Assembly (NCBI RefSeq): GCF_003918875.1
Contig: NW_025767371.1
Location: 310,001-374,000, forward strand
Direction: 5' to 3'
DNA: 64,000 bases
Source of the DNA: Haliotis rubra
Lineage: Eukaryota
Under the pieces are notes generated by a model. The model saw only the letters and a program-made list of their open reading frames with translations, made no database searches and had not been told where the DNA came from. The translations under genes and the position numbers were made by a program. Positions 36,854 to 50,394 of this stretch are shown one piece after another; within the stretch, counting starts at the first letter, position 1; each line of letters opens with the position of its first letter.

Positions 36854-39800
36854 TCATTCAATGACAGAATCCAGTTTCCAAACATACTGGAATGTTAACA
36901 AGATGGTGACCATGAGAATACCAAGGATGAATGTAAGTCCTGGGAATACATACTTCTTCCTCTTGTCTGGCTGGAGGTCAACAACCTCAGAGGTCACTTC
37001 CTGCACCTCACTACATGTTCCTTCAGAACTTTCTACCATCTTCCCGTCAGACTTTTCAGAAAATCTATAAAATGTATATGCATTTTGTCTGACCATGTCT
37101 GCAAGCTGTTGTGGAGTCCGCTGAACTCTACCTGATGCCAACTCCAAGATGGTGTGTACACTGAAAGGCTCGTTCCGCTTACAACAGTACTTCATTGTCA
37201 ACTTTGAGTTGTCCTCCAACAAGTTTGAACAATCAACTTTGAACATTGCTCGACGGTAAGATATTGATGAACCAGGGTAGTTGCTGATGAAGTCTGGGAA
37301 CTTTCCAGGAGCCTCGCTGGCCAGGAGTAGCCGCGTTGTCTCTATGTCATGTGATACACTGCTCAGCCAATCTCTTGGACATTCCGTATATGGGAGTTTC
37401 CAGGCATTACCTTGAAAGAGAAGATATTAGACCCTCTTAATGAAACATTCATACAAAACATCTTTCTGAAGAAAAAGCAGAATAATATTGTCCTTATGGA
37501 CAGGACTGACTGACTGACTGAGTTTAGTTTACGCCGCTTTTAGCAATATTCCAGCCATATCACGGCGGCTTATGGACAGGATTCACAAAGTGGCCTCTGT
37601 ATGCCAACACCTTAAAAAGGTAGAAGTGTGTTTGATAGCTTATGCTTAAAGGTCACATGCAATGTAAAACACAACTTTGGGGATTCTGATACATTTCGGT
37701 ATGGACTTGCAAAGTTGAAAAATAATGTGATGAACACACGCACGCACGCACGCACACACACAGACACACACAATATATCGAAGTTCAAACGATTCAATAA
37801 AAACTCTTTTCAACAGCTGTGCTGCGCTGCACTGCGCTCATGGCGCATGCGCAGTGAATAGGTTCACAGCTTGCAGCGGGGATTCCCGGATTATAAGGTC
37901 GTGAGCAGGGGTAGTCTAATCTTGGTTGTGTACAAAAACAACAAGTTGTAAATAATTTACTTGTTACATAAAAGAACCTTGTTAAGGATCTAGATCTACT
38001 CAGCTATGTGTCAATGAGGATGAGAATAAGGTGTCTTATCTGTCAATGAGATGTGTTACCTGTCAATGAGATGTGTTACCAGTCAAAGAGATGTGTTACC
38101 TATCAAGGAGATGCGTTATATGTCAATGAGATGCGTTATATGTCAATGAGATGTGTTACCTGTCAATGAGATGTGTTACCTGTCAAAGAGATGTGTTACC
38201 TGTCGATGAGATGTGTTACCTGTCAATGAGATGTGTTACCTGTCAATTGAGATGTGTTACCTGTCACAGAGATGTGTTACCTGCCAAAGAGAAGTGTTAC
38301 CTGTCAATGAGATGTGTTACCTGTCAATGAGATGTGTTACCTGTCAATTAGATGTGTTACCTGTCAAAGAGATGTGTTACCTGTTAATGAGATGTGTTAG
38401 CTGTCAATGAGATGTGTTACCTGTCAATGAGATCTGTAACCTGTCAATGAGATGTGTTACCTGTCACAGAGATGTGTTACCTGCCAAAAAGAAGTGTTAC
38501 CTGTCAAAGGGATGTGTTACCTGTCAATGAGATGTGTAACCTGTCAAGGAGATGTGTTACCTGTCAATGAGATGTGTTACCTATCAAGGAGATGTGTTAC
38601 CTGTCAGTGAGATGTGTTACCTGTCAATGAGATCTGTTACCTGTCAATTGAGATGTGTTACCTGTCTATGAGATGTGTTACCTGTCAAAGAGATGTTTTA
38701 CCTGTTGATGAGATGTGTTACCTGTCAATGAGATGTGTTACCTGTCAAAGACATGTGTTACCTGTCAATGAGATGTGTAACCTGTCAAGCAGATGTGTTA
38801 CCAGTCAAAGAGATGTGTTACCTATCAAGGAGATGCGTTATATGTCAATGAGATGCGTTATATGTCAATGAGATGTGTTACCTGTCAATGAGATGTGTTA
38901 CCTGTCAAAGAGATGTGTTACCTGTCGATGAGATGTGTTACCTGTCAATGAGATGTGTTACCTGTCAATTGAGATGTGTTACCTGTCACAGAGATGTGTT
39001 ACCTGCCAAAGAGAAGTGTTACCTGTCAATGAGATGTGTTACCTGTCAATGAGATGTGTTACCTGTCAATTAGATGTGTTACCTGTCAAAGAGATGTGTT
39101 ACCTGTTAATGAGATGTGTTAGCTGTCAATGAGATGTGTTACCTGTCAATGAGATCTGTAACCTGTCAATGAGATGTGTTACCTGTCACAGAGATGTGTT
39201 ACCTGCCAAAAAGAAGTGTTACCTGTCAAAGGGATGTGTTACCTGTCAATGAGATGTGTAACCTGTCAAGGAGATGTGTTACCTGTCAATGAGATGTGTT
39301 ACCTATCAAGGAGATGTGTTACCTGTCAGTGAGATGTGCTACCTGTCAATGAGATCTGTTACCTGTCAATTGAGATGTGTTACCTGTCTATGAGATGTGT
39401 TACCTGTCAAAGAGATGTTTTACCTGTTGATGAGATGTGTTACCTGTCAATGAGATGTGTTACCTGTCAAAGACATGTGTTACCTGTCAAAGAGATGTGT
39501 TACCTGTCAATGAGATGTGTTACCTGTCTATGAGATGTGTTACCTGTCAAAGAGATGTGTTTCCTGTCGATGAGATGTGTTACCTGTCAATGACATGTGT
39601 TACCTGTCAAAGACATGTGTTACCTGTCAAAGAGATGTGTTACCTGTCAATGAGATGTGTTACCTGTCAAAGAGATGTGTTACCTGTCAATGAGATGTGT
39701 TACCTGTCAATGAGATGTGTTACCTGTCAATGAGATGTGTTACCTGTCAAAGAGATGTGTTACCTGTCAAAGAGATGTTACCTGTTAAGGATATGTGTTA

Positions 39801-42800
39801 CCTGTCAATGAGATGTGGTACCTGCCAAAGAGATGTTACCTGTCAAAGAGATGTGTTACCTGTTAATGAGATCTGTTACCTGTCAATGAGATGTGTTACC
39901 TGTCAATGAGATGTGTTACCTGTCAAAGAGATGTTACCTGTGAAGGAGATGTGTTACCTATCAATGAGATGTGTTAGCTGTCAAAGAGATGTGTTACCTG
40001 TCAAAGAGATGTGTTACCTGTCAATGAGATGTGTTACCTGCCAAGGAGATATGTTACCTGTCAATTGAGATGTGTTACCTGTCAATGTGGTATGTTACCT
40101 GTCAATGAGATGTGTTACCTGTCAAAGAGATGTGTTACCTGTCAATGAGATGTGTTACCTGTCAATGAGATGTGTTACCTGCCAATGAGATGTGTTGCCT
40201 GTCAATGAGATGTGTTACCTGTCAAAGAGATATGTTACCTGTCAAGAGACATGTTACCTGTCAAGGATATGTGTTACCTGTCAATGAGATGTGTTACCTG
40301 TCAAAGAGATGTGTTACCTGTCAATGAGATGTGTTACCTGCCAATGAGATGTGTTACATGTCAAAGACATATGTTACCTGTCAAAGAGAAGTGTTACCTG
40401 TCAATGAGATGTGTTACCTGCCAATGAGATGTGTTACCTGTCAATGAGATGTGTTACCTGTCAATGAGATGTGTTACCTGCCAAAGAGATGTTACCTGTC
40501 AAAGAGATGTGTTACTTGTCAATGAGATCTGTTACCTGTCAATGAGATGTGTTACCTGTCAGTGAGATGTGTTACCTGTCAACGGGATGTGTTACCTGCC
40601 AATGAGATGTGTTACCTGTCAAAGAGATGTAACCTGTCAATGAGATGTGTTACCTATCAATGAGATGTGTTACCAGTCAATGAGATGTGTTACCTGTCAA
40701 AGAGATGTGTTACCTGCCAAAGATTTGTTACCTGTCAAGGAGATGTAGAATCCCATATCGCAGAATGCCTTCAAGTCTGTCGTTGTCTGCCTGTCTCCGC
40801 TAATACAAACTGGCGGTAGTTTGTCCTTGAACTCTGAGAGGATCCTCTGTGTTGTCTCCAGCTTACTCGTGTCACACAACACCAGGGGTATGTCCATGTC
40901 ACATGCCAGTTTCACCTGTCAAAATGTCACACACTACCTCAGCTGTGACACATTACATCACCTGTCACACAACACTTCATCACCTGTCACACAACACTGC
41001 ATCACCTGTCACACAACACTACATCACCTGTCACACAACACCTGTCACACACAACTACATCACTTGCCACACAACACTACACAACACTTCATGATCTGTC
41101 ACACAACACTACATCACACAACACTTCACCACCTGTCACACAACACTACATCACCTGTCACACAACACTACATCACACAACACTTCAAGACCTGTCACAA
41201 AACACTTCATGACCTGTCACACAACACTACATCACACAACACTAGATCACCTGTCACACAACACTACATCACCTGTCACACAACACCTGTCACACACAAC
41301 TACATCACTTGCCACACAACACTTCATGATCTGTCACACAACACTACATCACACAACACTTCACCACCTGTCACACAACACTACATCACCTGTCACACAA
41401 CACTACATCACACAACACTTCATGACCTGTCACAAAACACTTCATCACCTGTCACAGAACACTACATCACACAACACTACATCAACTGTCACACAACACT
41501 TCACCACCTGTTACACAACACTTCATCACCTGTCACACAACACTACATCACCTGTCACACAACACTACATCAAATGTCACAGAACACTACATCACCTGTC
41601 ACACAACACTGCATCATCTGTCACACAACACTACATCACCTGTCACACAACACTTCATCACCTGTCACAGAACACTACATCACCTGTCACAGAACACTAC
41701 ATCACCTGTGACACAACACCACAGCAACTGTCACACAACACTACATCACCTGTCACACAACACTACATCAACTGTCACACAACACTACATCATCTGTCAC
41801 ACAACACTACATCAACTGTCACACAACACTATATCACCTGTCACACAACACTACATCACCTGTCACAAAACACTACATCACACAACACTACACCAACTGT
41901 CACACAACACTACATCACCTGTCACACAACACTACATCACCTGTCACAACACTACATCACCTGTCACACAACACCTGTCACACACAACTACATCACTTGC
42001 CACACAACACTTCATGATGTCACACAACACTACATCACACAACACTTCACCATCTATCACAAAACACTACATCACCTGTCACACAACACTTCATCACACA
42101 ACACTACATCACCTGTCACACAACACTACATCACACAACATTTCACCATCTGTCACACAACACTACATCACCTGTCACACAACACTACACTACATGTCAC
42201 ACAGCTCACACTATTCTCACCACATAACCTAACTGTCTTACCTGGGCTCTGAACATCTCCCTCCGAGAGTCTGTATAATTCCTCTCCAGCCCGATCTCAC
42301 CCAGGGCCACACACTGAGGGTGAGATAGGAGGTCACGCAGTTGCTGTACAGTTGTCTCCCCTTTCCATGAACTTTCTTGAGTGGGGTGGATGCCTTGTAA
42401 GCATTTACAAACATATCATGAGAGTTATGATCACAGAATCAACCGTCCCTCCAAATCAACCACTTTTTCTCAAACTAAAACTGGCTGTAGATTTCTTTCA
42501 GTCTGATTTTCTAAGATGTATATATAGTTTTGTTTAAATTTCCCATGTATACACAAACATCAAAGTAACTGAAAAAAATAATTATGATAACTTTGATCAG
42601 TTTTCTAAAATGAATGAAACACACATTCATCTTCCTTCAACACAATAGAATATATCGAAAGTTCTACACAAAATCTGGCATGACTTTCAATTGAAGTTTT
42701 CAATTTGTTTACACTGACAGCTTCTTCTGTCTGGCAATTTGAGAGATGTTTATTCAGCCCAACATGCAGTTTGAGTATATTGTAGAGCATGGTCAAACGT

Positions 42801-45800
42801 TGAAAAATAATTTCCATAAACCAGCTGTTATCCTGAGAATAGCCTACGAAGTATCTACAGTTTTGTCATTTCAAATTGATCATTGATTTATGTTCTGATT
42901 GAATTGCAATATTGTCATCAGAATATTCCCGATTCCTGTTCAGGGCCTAAGGTGAATGCAGTGTGGCCCTTGACAACACCCACCAGCGGTGAAGTAGATG
43001 ATCCCAGGGAAGCTGTCGGCCAGGGCCTTAGCCTTCATGGCCTGTCTCACCGTCAGTGTCTTCACCACAACCTTCTCTACACCTGGAACACAACGTCCAT
43101 CTTGTCAAAACATGAGATTACGATAGAGTTGACAACAAAGTACTATCTTCGATGAAGCAGTCAAGAAAGTCACTCTTTGATGGAGGAGACAAGATAGTGA
43201 CTCTTTGATGGAGGAGACAAGAAAGTGACTCTTTGATGGAGGAGACAAGAAAGTGACTCTTTGATGGAGGAGACAAGAAAGTGACTCTTTGATGGGGGGA
43301 GATAAGAAATTGACTCTCTTTGATGGAGAGACAAGAAAGTGACTCTTTGATGGAGGAGACAAGAAAGTGACTCTTTGATGGAGGAGACAAGAAAGTCACT
43401 CTTTGATGGAGGAGACAAGATAGTGACTCTTTGATGGAGGAGACAAGAAAGTGACTCTTTGATGGAGGAGACAAGAAAGTGACTCTTTGATGGAGGAGAC
43501 AAGAAAGTGACTCTTTGATGGGGGAGATAAGAAAGTGACTCTCTTTGATGGAGAGACAAGAAAGTGACTATTTTTGATGGAGGAGACAAGAAAGTGACTG
43601 TCTTTGATGGAGGAGATAAGAAAGTGACTCTCTTTGATAGAGAGACAAGAAAGTGACTATCTTTGATTGAGAAGATAAGAAAGCGACTGTCTTTGATTGA
43701 GTGACAACAAAGTGACTCTTTGATGGAGGAGACAAGAAAGTGACTGTCTTTGATGGAGGAGACAAGAAAGTTACTCTTTAATGGAGGAGATAAAAAGTGA
43801 CATAAATGGACTTCACACTTTGTAACCATGTGGGGAATCAAACCTGGGTCTTCGGCGTGACGAGCAAACGCTTTAACCACTAGGCAACCCCACCGCCCCC
43901 ATTCAGAAAGAGAGTTGATGAAGAGCATTAAGATAACAAAGCCGTCTCAAAAGAAAATAGAAGTTACAGTAAGAATTGTAAACATTGTGCAGTTCAAACA
44001 GTATAAGGATTTGTATTTTCCGACTGAACCACCTAACATCTGATATAGAAACTGATATACTGGGCGCTGTGGGAGAGCTTGCTAAGGCGCCAGGCTAGTG
44101 ATCCAGCGAGGTTGAGGTGTCGGGATCCAGCCCATCCATGACCGGGTGTAAAAACCTTAGAGTCAACTTTGTGTGCAGACTCTTTCAGTGTTGTCACAAC
44201 CCCTAGTGTACAGTACACAACCCTGGGCACTTAAAAGAACCCACGAATCCGTTGGTATTTGACCAGATGGTGGCCACATGAATATGTGCAAACACCTAAT
44301 TGTGGGTACAGCAACATGCAGTGAACTTGGACAAAGTACTGTGACTATGTGTCCCAGTCCACCCAGCTGTGAATGGGTACCTCGTTAGGATGAGAAAGCC
44401 ACAATAACTCGGTGCGCCTAGTGGCTGCAAGAGTTGTATACTCCCCAGGGAGTTGAGTTTGATAATCCGATGTGCCGTTGAGATTGACATCCAATGATCG
44501 AGGGAAAAAATACCAGCGCCTTGAGCATGCACTAGTGCGTGGATATGTGCGCTATATAAATATCCTGTAATAATAAATATAATAATAATATATACAGAGG
44601 TCATGACAAGAGTATGTTTCAACATGGATTATGCTATATAAATATCCTGTAATAATAAATATAATAATAATATATACAGAGGTCATGACAAGAGTATGTT
44701 TCAAGATGGATTATTTACTGTATGAAGAATAAGCACACTGTATTCAGTGGTACTAGATCTATAACATGAATAAACATTGTGCTTAGGGAGACTGTATTAG
44801 GAATATACATTGTATTTAGTGAGCCCTACATATTATTATGTGATTATTGGGGCTTACAATTGTACCTGGATAAATCTTAAATCCAAAGTGTCAGTATGTT
44901 TTTACTGTGGTGTCAATGATATTTAACATACATACCAGATAGGAAAGCTCGTTTGATGACTTCGTTGACATCCTTCTTTGCAGTGAAACCAGGATCAACA
45001 AGATAAGCTCCTGCATCTATCATGTGATACATTAACTCTGTTCTCTCTTTTGACATTGAAACCACAGACTCAACACATTCGGAAAGACAAAACACTGTCC
45101 CTTCCTCATTTTTTCTCCATTTTGATGTGACACGTTTCTGCATATTCTCGGGCTTTTTGACTGAAAGCTCCTTTCCTTTGAGTAACCTGAAGAAAATAGA
45201 TACCGTACAACAAGTTGAGTATGTGAGTATGTCATGTGAGTGAATGGGCGAGAGTGTCTGTTCATTGTCTTGACCGTGTCTTAAAGCCCCATTCATGTGC
45301 ATTTTCCTGTTTCTGGGTATTCATGTTTTGGTAATTGGATGGAGAAAAAGCTAATTGTTTTTGGTTCTGCAAAAAGTTATCTGAATATGTTGGCAGGTAA
45401 ACAGTTCCACTTGTCTTCAGTGTAGTAATTGAACAATTATTCACATTTTTTGCGGTAAATACAAACAAGGAAAATACTTTTATTCAGATATTTCCTCCCA
45501 CCTGACATTATGTTGCTGACTTTGTAAACTATTTAAAACAAATTTAAAACAGAAAGTTGGACGTGCTTCAACATTCCCTTACATGCCATCCATCTGTAAC
45601 ACCTCTTTTGTGAGGGTCTTGGGCACCACCACCTCTGCACACTCCTTGGACTTGCCATGCTTGTCCACATGTATGTACACCTGGATGCTGGGATCTAGGC
45701 ACATGTACTCCTTGAGGTACAGGGGGCTCACAGACTTGTCAACATTCACTGAAGTCAGTAGAAATAGTCCAATACAGTCATTGTACAAGGATTAATCAGT

Positions 45801-46881
45801 AATACAGAATTATGTTATAATTACTTTGATTTTCTGTTTAAGGCAGCCTCTGACTCTGTGATGGGATTTTTTCCAAGTCATCTGACACAGGGCGATGTCC
45901 ACCTGACTAATAAGGTCAATTTGGTCAACAGGCTGAGACCATAACAATGTCATGTGGTATAACTCTGACCAACTTCAGATGTACTGATGCAAATGGTTTG
46001 ATTGTCATTCTGGAAGTTGTCAATAATGACCCAAAAACTTTATGGATTACAACTTCTTGCTTATTGCATTATGTTTAAGAGTGACATTTCAGTGTAGTTA
46101 CTAAAACTGTTATCACTCTTAGAGGTGAGGTGAGGTGAGGTGAGGTGAGGTGAGGTGAGGAGATATGGGGTTTAACGTCGTGCTTGAGAATATTTCACTC
46201 ATATGACGACGTGCATGTGTGTGTATGTGTTTGTGCGGCTGCATGTACTAGCCCAGACTGAAAAGCTGGTTTTATAGTGCTAGCCCACTGAGATACCATG
46301 CCGCAGTGAAGCATGAATACCCCACTCAGACACTCCAAGCCGACCAGTCCTTGTTGTACCCATTAATGCCGAGCGCCAGGCAGGGACCAACAAGTACCAT
46401 ATTTTAACGTCTTTTGGTATGACACGGCCGGGGATCGAACCCGTGACCTTCCGCTCTCCGGGCGGACGCTTTAACCACTACACCACGGAGGCGGTCTTTG
46501 AGCAATAAACAAGAAGTTGGCATTCATAAAGTTGTACGCTTCATTATACTGATACAGTTTACACACTACCGGCCTTTATACATAGTACAGATGTCAGGTA
46601 CCTGATAAATAGCTGGTATACAATGGAGAATGAACTTTCAAATCTTATTGTATATTTTAATTTGTATCGTAAATGGAAATTTTACACAAATGCCTTCTTT
46701 TAAGAGATGTCATGCTGACATCACAGGAGAATGTATACAGATAGACATGTTGATTAAATCTGAATGACTCCAAAACAACTACTTAACTGCAATAACTTAC
46801 GGACATAAAACTTCTGGTAAGTGCTGAAAATGTCCTCTAAGCTGTTGAGGATCTGGGCCCGTTGGTTATGGTGTCCGTCAT
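36854..46881 (-). CDS. TatD-like protein, copy 1 (RRM-like + degenerate TatD + C-terminal TM); exon 1 frame disrupted as assembled
   Basis: Exons 46881-46801, 45748-45583, 45186-44936, 43082-42984, 42393-42242, 40915-40732, 37410-36854. TatD motifs MIDAGAYL, YFTAGIHP, VALGEIGL, GFYISLTG, RLLLASEAP, RNEP, NAYTFY. An extra 5 bp in exon 1 gives TAG at 46839-46837. Confidence 0.85.
38030..40745. repeat. 20-bp minisatellite (acctgtcaatgagatgtgtt)n, ~135 copies; unit = exon 6 end plus donor
   Basis: Minus-strand unit ACATCTCATTGACAG|GTAAC versus real junction ACATCTCCTTGACAG|GTAAC. Contains a 722-bp higher-order duplication. Confidence 0.95.
40915..42205. repeat. 22-bp minisatellite (acctgtcacacaacactacatc)n filling intron 5 of TatD-like copy 1
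   Basis: Minus-strand unit GATGTAGTGTTGTGTGACAG|GT resembles the adjacent acceptor GTGTGACATTTTGACAG|GTG. Confidence 0.95.
43160..43800. repeat. 28-bp minisatellite (aagaaagtgactctttgatggaggagac)n, ~22 copies
   Basis: Directly visible; intron 3 of copy 1 only. Confidence 0.95.
43800..43900 (-). mobile_element. tRNA-derived SINE family B, 5' part
   Basis: Reverse complement of the gggcggtggggttgcctagtggttaaagcg head. Confidence 0.75.
44062..44590 (+). mobile_element. SINE family D (central ccacccagctgtgaatgggtacc segment, gcgctatataaat tail)
   Basis: Degenerate tRNA-like head, core-like segment, LINE-like 3' tail and (AAT)n. The tail plus flank is locally duplicated with an 82-bp period (44551/44633). 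Confidence 0.6.
46122..46496 (-). mobile_element. Full-length tRNA-derived SINE family C
   Basis: Minus head gaccgcctccgtggtgtagtggttaaagcg...gggttcgatccc (A and B boxes); (CTCAC)n tail. Confidence 0.85.
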
Positions 46882-47632
46882 GACGAGATGAAACAGTCTG
46901 ATGAGGAGAGCAGCCTTCTTTGTCAGCAGCCTTTGATGTTAGAGTGAATCATCTTGGCAGGCAGTCTCAGTATAATATTGTTTGTTAGTTGTGAAATATC
47001 AGCGATTTACCTCACTTCCGCATTCTGGCTCCAGCCGACCCGACAGTTAACTAAGAAAATTACGCATAAAAATCAAAATAAACAAACCCTAAGTTAAAGA
47101 TAATTCAGCTGATAAGTTTTATGCAGTTTCTATACCGTGTCACGTCACAAAACATTTCAAATATCCAAGGTAGTAACGGTGTCTAGGATGGGAGCATTTG
47201 TTGTGAGAGAAGCCAAGGGTAGATAACTCTAAATATTCTCCACACTTTACGTCGCTTCTTCAGTAAATACGCTCGTTTGTTTGCGGCCGGTGTTTTTGTC
47301 AGCTTCATTTAGTAGAAATTGTTTGTCATTGTTGTGAATGTGAAATTCATACTCTTCGATCAGTTCCATATCAACATCTTGTGTCACAAGAATATTAGGT
47401 TCTTGTGGACCCGTAATCAATCCACGTATTGCACAATGTATTCGAAATCAGAACAGTGCATGCAGGCCATCGATATATGAAAAGATTAAAGACAGTCTCA
47501 ATTGTTTCAGGAGATGGTGGATAACGAAGAAGTCTCGTCCAAATTAGACCAAAACTCAAAAGGCGGTATTGTTGTAGTACAAGTTGATGCAGTTTCATTC
47601 AATGAATATGTATAATGTACACGCCCTGTATA

Positions 47633-48025
47633 TAAATAGAGTATCTCACCCAAGTGTCTTCTGATATCAATTATATCAACACGAGTTGATAAAGTTACAA
47701 ATATCCGAGGCTTGCCGAGGATATTTTTACTTTATCAACGAGTGTTGATATATTTGATATCAGAAGACACGAGGGTGAGATTCTATTTATCATCCAAAAT
47801 CACTCTTCATTAATTTTCAATGAAAGATGTACATCTCTGAACATGGTACTGCCATTAGACTTGCATCGCAACGATGTCATAGCATTGTGACGTCATCAAG
47901 TACATGACGTCATAGCATTGTCAGGCATTGTACAAAATCTACTGTCAAAACGATATCTCCTAGGAGATATCGTTTGATCTCACACAAGCGATATCTCCTG
48001 TGGAACACAGTTTTGGATGATAAAT
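47633..48025. mobile_element. Hairpin-headed MITE-like repeat, copy 1
   Basis: ~155-bp imperfect palindrome followed by a ttatcatccaaaa...ttttggatgataa-bounded segment; direct copy at 48232-48625. Confidence 0.75.
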
Positions 48026-48231
48026 GATAATCTTCTAAAATGACATAATAAGAGTCTTTCACACTTGTAACAAATAGTTTGCTGAGTTTGACATGACACA
48101 CAGATATCATGAACCTTGCCCAAAGTGGACTCGTCAAGGAAGAAAAAGACAACACTAAGGTGTAGCCGTCATATAATTTGTGCCAGTGAGTAAAATCATT
48201 ACTCAACCATACACACTTTCAGGTTAACAAG

Positions 48232-48625
48232 AAATAGAGAATCTCACCCAAGTGTCTTCTGATATCAATTATATCAACACGAGTTGATAAAGTTACAAAT
48301 ATCCGAGGCTTGCCGAGGATATTTTAACTTTTATCAACGAGTGTTGATATATTTGATATCAGAAGACACGAGGGTGAGATTCTATTTATCATCCAAAATC
48401 ACCCTTCATTAGTGTTCAATGAAAAATGTACATCACTGAACACAGTACTGCCATTAGGCTTGCAGTGAAGCATTGTCATAGCATTGTGACGTCATCAAGT
48501 TCATGACATCATTGCATTGTCAGGGCATTGTACAAAATATATTGTCAAAGCGATATCTCCTAGGAGATATCGTTTGATCTCACACAAGCAATATCTCTTT
48601 TGTAACACAGTTTTGGATGATAATC
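48232..48625. mobile_element. Hairpin-headed MITE-like repeat, copy 2
   Basis: Near-identical to 47633-48025. Confidence 0.75.
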
Positions 48626-49715
48626 ACGTCTACATTTTAATTTGTAGGATAAGTATGTATATAATTCATTGTTTAAGAACTATCCTGGCTGCCTCTTAAG
48701 TAATTTAAAAACAAGTAGCCTGTAAGAAGGTACAATCATTTGTTTAACGCCATTTTCGTCAATATTCCAGCTGTACGAAGGCTTTCTGTAACACTCGGGT
48801 AGAAGTACCAGACAATCCAGTGATTCGCACGTACGTGCAAGTAGCTTCGGCATGGGATCACGTGCATCTGACAATGACAGACCACCCGAACACTGGAACA
48901 TTTCTCAGCTGCTGATGCTGGTGGTTTTGCTTTCTGAAATTGTACAAACTTAGAGGAATATGTAGCCGAAAATGCTTCATTGCATCAGGGAGACTACCTA
49001 ACGTTGTAGATTATCCCTGATTTTATTAACGTAGAGTCGATGATAACCGCCGCCGTGGAGCTGGAAAATTGCAGCGTGTGGCGTTATCAACAAATAATTT
49101 CAACTAATGCATCGGTGCTATGTGTTTGTCAGATATCTCTGATGATGTGTCATTCCTTTAAATTAAGGAAGTTAACGAGAAAACGTATCTATTTTCAGTT
49201 CAGATATTTCTAAGTGATAGCATTAGTCAGGGTGCTGGTAGATGGAGTCATTTCTGCATTGGCATGGCCAAGTGCCGGCGTTCCTCACAGTTGGATGTGC
49301 ACACCCTAGGGGACTGTTTAAGAATAGATAACTATTTCGTTCACGAGAAACAACTTTTCAAGCCCTGTCGGAATGTCACATTTAAGTGACAAGATCTTTT
49401 CAGACGGTTATGTACATATTTTATATGGCATGGTTATTTAGTTAATACCGAAACCAAGTGTAAGTGAATGAACGGTACATGCAGAGCCTAAGGAACCTGT
49501 ATAACTACATTAAAGCATGTTTTTAAAACAGCCCTATTTCAAGACAACCATGTTAAATTCTGACCATCTAGGTGTTGAGCCTATGGGGAAAAAAACACAA
49601 CAAATTTCATGATATTGATATTAAAATGCATTGGTACCATGGACGAGCACCTTGACTGCTCAAAATCAGACTGTGTTCTTACCATCTTTCATCATAAGCA
49701 CGAGACCTGTCAAAG

Positions 49716-49973
49716 TGAGTGAGTGAGTTTAGTTTTACGCCGCACTCAGAAATATTCCAAATATATGGTGGTGGTTTGTAAATAATCGAGCCTGGACAAT
49801 ACAATCCAGTGATCAACAGCATGATCAACAGCATCGATCTACGCAATTTGGAAGGATGCCATGGCTATGATGTGTCAACCAAGTCAGCGAGTTTGGCCAC
49901 CCGATCCAGTTAGTCGCCTCTTACGACAAGCATGGGTTACTGAAGATCATTTCTAACCCGGATCTTCATGGGT
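49716..49973 (-). mobile_element. SINE-like family A
   Basis: Copy of 9114-9363. Confidence 0.85.
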
Positions 49974-50394
49974 CGGTAAATCAGTGGCAGGGAATTGGCT
50001 ATTTGATGGTTATTGAAAGATATTAGATCATCGACATACCTGATGCTTAAGCTAAACCGCTTGGTCAAATATCTTGTTCTTATTTTGCTAACCTAAGCAG
50101 AAATTCTAAATTTATATACATAGAGAAACAGATCCGCGTGGTAGGGAGCACAGGGGGGGGCCTATTTCTTGTCTAATGTTTTACCCCCAACTGGATGTTC
50201 ACGGATCGAGACAGGTCAAAACATGGGATGACAAATTATGATTTTAAATCAAAACATACCTATGCAAAAGTATATCCTTTTCGGTTTCAAAGTAAATACC
50301 GTGCTTCATGTCGGCCGATGGGTACAAGGATATAGGCTAAACCTCTTTGTGAAAATTGTGGACTTTACTTCGTATTTATGGTTGTATGAAAATA

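Noticed and set aside
38213-40427. Cys-rich repetitive ORFs (MLPVNEMCYLSMRCVTCQ; also 54922-55622)
   Set aside because: Frame-cycling translation of the 20-bp satellite with frequent stops.
40821-42252. Long His/Thr-rich ORFs (also 55640-57433)
   Set aside because: Translations of the 22-bp satellite, open in several frames and antisense within an intron of the TatD-like gene.
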